This document shows positions 62,219 to 64,000 of a stretch of 64,000 nucleotides of DNA, piece after piece; positions within the stretch are counted from its first letter, which is position 1, and every line of letters begins with the position of its first letter. Below the pieces are notes generated by a model that saw only the letters and a list, made by a program, of their open reading frames with translations, was not told the DNA's origin and did no database searches. This DNA is from Vulcanimicrobiota bacterium (GTDB taxonomy: Bacteria > Vulcanimicrobiota > Vulcanimicrobiia > Vulcanimicrobiales > Vulcanimicrobiaceae): NCBI GenBank assembly GCA_003158175.1, contig PMHJ01000024.1:15316-79315 (forward strand), written 5' to 3'. The position numbers and the translations under genes are program-made.

Positions 62219-62977
62219 CTAGTGGCCCTTTTGCCGTTTGATCGCGGCTTGGCGGCGGTGCTCCATCTCTTCCAGCTCGAGCATCATAACGTCGACGACC
62301 TTGTCGACTTCCGCGACCTGCGTCGGCGGCGGCTCTTCGCCCGATCGCCGCGCCGGCGGTTTGACGCTCCGATGTTCGTCGAGAACGACGTCTTGGGCGT
62401 GGGCTTTCCGCAGAAACTTGGAATAGGTCGCGGCGGCCCGGGCCCGCGCGTCCTGCGTCCCCTCGACGTTGAAGACGTCGGCGAAGAACTGCATCTTCGA
62501 GTGAACTTCGGGAGCCTTCTCCGGCGGATAGATCGTGGCCGGGTCGCCGAAGGCGATGTGCTGCATCGGTACGCTCTCGCCTTTGCGCAGACGGGTATTC
62601 ACGTGCACGATCCCGCCCAGCGCAACCGCGCTTCCATCCTCGAGTTTCGCTCCGTTGAAAATCTTCGTGCCGCTTGCCACGAAACAGCCGTCACCGATCG
62701 TCGCTCCGACGACGTAGGCCTGCGGACCCACGATGCAGTGGCTGCCGATTTGCAGCGGAAACTGCAAGACGCTTCCGCCGCTGGCTTTCAGAACGGCGTT
62801 TTCCATCACGACCGTATCGGCTCCGATCGTCACCGCCGCGCCCTCCGCAACGATGACGGCCCCGTGCAGCACCGCGCAGCCGGCGCCGATCGTCACCTCT
62901 CCGGCAATCGTCGCCGTGGGAGCGACGTACGCGCTCGAATGAACCTTTGGCTTTTTCGTTCCGCTGGACAGAATCAT
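62219..62977 (-). CDS. Left-handed beta-helix (hexapeptide-repeat, gamma-carbonic-anhydrase-like) protein with a charged C-terminal tail
   Basis: Hexapeptide repeats in SSAYVAPTATIAGEVTIGAGCAVLHGAVIVAEGAAVTIGADTVVMENAVL. The start overlaps the ATPase stop. Confidence 0.7.
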   Translation of the reverse strand: MILSSGTKKPKVHSSAYVAPTATIAGEVTIGAGCAVLHGAVIVAEGAAVTIGADTVVMENAVLKASGGSVLQFPLQIGSHCIVGPQAYVVGATIGDGCFVASGTKIFNGAKLEDGSAVALGGIVHVNTRLRKGESVPMQHIAFGDPATIYPPEKAPEVHSKMQFFADVFNVEGTQDARARAAATYSKFLRKAHAQDVVLDEHRSVKPPARRSGEEPPPTQVAEVDKVVDVMMLELEEMEHRRQAAIKRQKGH

Positions 62978-63906
62978 GACGCGCCCTCCTCCGGCCGCCG
63001 TTCGTATCCCTCGATGTAGATGCGTCGAATGATCGATTCCAAGTCGGGTTCCTCCAAGCTCACGTCTTCGACGCTATAGCGCTCACTCGCTTGCCGCACG
63101 AGGCGATCCGCTCGCACCAGGTTGCGATCGAATCGAAAGCGCGCGCTCGAGCCCTCGAGTCCGCTCAGCTGCGCCCCCTCGAGCTCGGGTTGCGCTACCG
63201 GTTCGCTAAAGCGCACGACGAGCGTACGGAACCGTCCGTACTCGCTCTTGATTCGATCGATGTCGCCGTCGTAAATGAGCGTCCCTCGATCGATGAGGAC
63301 GATCCGCCGGCAGAGACGCTCGACGTCGGCGAGGTCGTGTGTGGTCAAGACGATCGTCGCTCCGCGCTCGGCGTTGATTCTGGCGATGAACTCTCGGATT
63401 GCCTCCTTTGCAACCACGTCGAGTCCGATCGTCGGTTCGTCAAGATAGACCACCTTGGGACCGTGCAGGAGGGCGGCAGCGAAATCGCCGCGCATCCGTT
63501 GGCCCAGGGAGAGCTGACGTACCGGCGTGTTCAGGAAATCGCTCATTTCGAGAATGTCGACGAACTCGTCGAGGTTTCGCCGGTAGCGGTCTGGCTGAAT
63601 GCCGTAGATCGCCCGAAGGAGCTCGAACGAGTCGATCAGCGGCAGATCCCAATAGAGCTGACTTCGCTGGCCGAAGACCACGCCGATGTTGCGAGCGTTC
63701 TCCTTGCGGCTTTTCCACGGAACCAATCCTGCGACGCGCACCTGGCCCGACGTGGGAACGAGAATCCCGGTGAGCATCTTGATGGTCGTGGACTTGCCCG
63801 CGCCGTTGGGGCCGATGTAGCCGACGAGCTCGCCCGGCTCCAACGCAAAGGTGACGTCGCCGACGGCGACGCGCTCCTCGTATTCGGGCGAAAAGAGGGA
63901 GCGCAA
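62974..63906 (-). CDS. ABC transporter ATP-binding protein (5' end uncertain, at or beyond 63906)
   Basis: GPNGAGKSTT, LSLGQRMR, VVYLDEPT. The frame is open upstream to the window edge and reads ...PIVEARDLRKVFRTVKRTPGALGA. The true start is therefore CTG 63981 or lies outside the window. Confidence 0.85.
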   Translation of the reverse strand: MRSLFSPEYEERVAVGDVTFALEPGELVGYIGPNGAGKSTTIKMLTGILVPTSGQVRVAGLVPWKSRKENARNIGVVFGQRSQLYWDLPLIDSFELLRAIYGIQPDRYRRNLDEFVDILEMSDFLNTPVRQLSLGQRMRGDFAAALLHGPKVVYLDEPTIGLDVVAKEAIREFIARINAERGATIVLTTHDLADVERLCRRIVLIDRGTLIYDGDIDRIKSEYGRFRTLVVRFSEPVAQPELEGAQLSGLEGSSARFRFDRNLVRADRLVRQASERYSVEDVSLEEPDLESIIRRIYIEGYERRPEEGAS

Positions 63907-64000
63907 CGCGCCGAGGGCTCCCGGCGTGCGCTTTACGGTGCGAAAGACCTTACGGAGGTCGCGCGCTTCAACGATTGGCAGGACACCGCGATTCGTCGTT

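Noticed and set aside
63907-64000. CTG 63981 as the start of the terminal ABC ATPase
   Set aside because: The frame is open to the window edge, so the true start may lie beyond nt 64000. It is listed only as a possibility.
1-64000. Mobile elements, prophage, defence islands, rRNA/tRNA genes
   Set aside because: I recognised no integrase, transposase, recombinase, phage structural, restriction-modification, toxin-antitoxin or cas-like ORF. No T-loop or anticodon-arm-like tRNA structures or rRNA-like stretches turned up in the intergenic gaps I read. The GIY-YIG and YraN genes are small conserved housekeeping-type nucleases.

Overview
GC-rich bacterial chromosomal segment. Hand counts give 79/120 G+C at 33001-33120 against 57/120 at 25141-25260. 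It is densely coding, with about 70 genes, many joined by ATGA/GTGA/TTGA start-stop overlaps. I saw no rRNA, tRNA, CRISPR array, transposase, integrase or phage genes. Housekeeping content: argS-dprA, nrdR, dut, chdC(hemQ), comM, a Bacillus-like trmD-rplS-lepB(x3)-rbgA-rnhB-yraN block, rplU-prp, tatA, msrA-msrB-surE, lysA, manA, a folK::folE2 fusion, hemL, and mrp/apbC. Transport and envelope content: a ribose-type sugar ABC system, an APC permease with Usp, two ABC-2 exporters, a 1356-aa Oar-like TonB-dependent receptor, a GH92 mannosidase fused to a YVTN beta-propeller, M28 and M48 peptidases, a class-A beta-lactamase-like hydrolase, a phosphoesterase, and an MVL-type tandem lectin. Main hunt results: (1) An operon at 29.6-38.9 kb encodes a ketoacyl synthase, an EPSP-synthase-like::acyl-CoA-ligase fusion, an acyl-CoA dehydrogenase, a FabL/ChcA-like enoyl reductase and a 2,4-dienoyl-CoA reductase, with a divergent DAHP synthase. 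Its content and order match, from memory, the shikimate-to-cyclohexanecarboxyl-CoA pathway (ans/plm/asuB type), which suggests omega-cyclohexyl lipids or a CHC-primed product. (2) In several genes the conserved N-terminus lines up with CTG and with no canonical start, several times in CTGA or stop-proximal coupling contexts. (3) A GTCATCCTGA(G/C)C...CGAAGGATGA hairpin/tandem repeat family sits at several gene ends, and one copy supplies a stop codon. (4) Further oddities: an ArgRS without the HIGH motif, three tandem lepB genes, rplU-prp without rpmA, and an ABC-2 operon split by an insert carrying the lectin. All functional calls come from reading the translated ORFs by eye. No database search was run.
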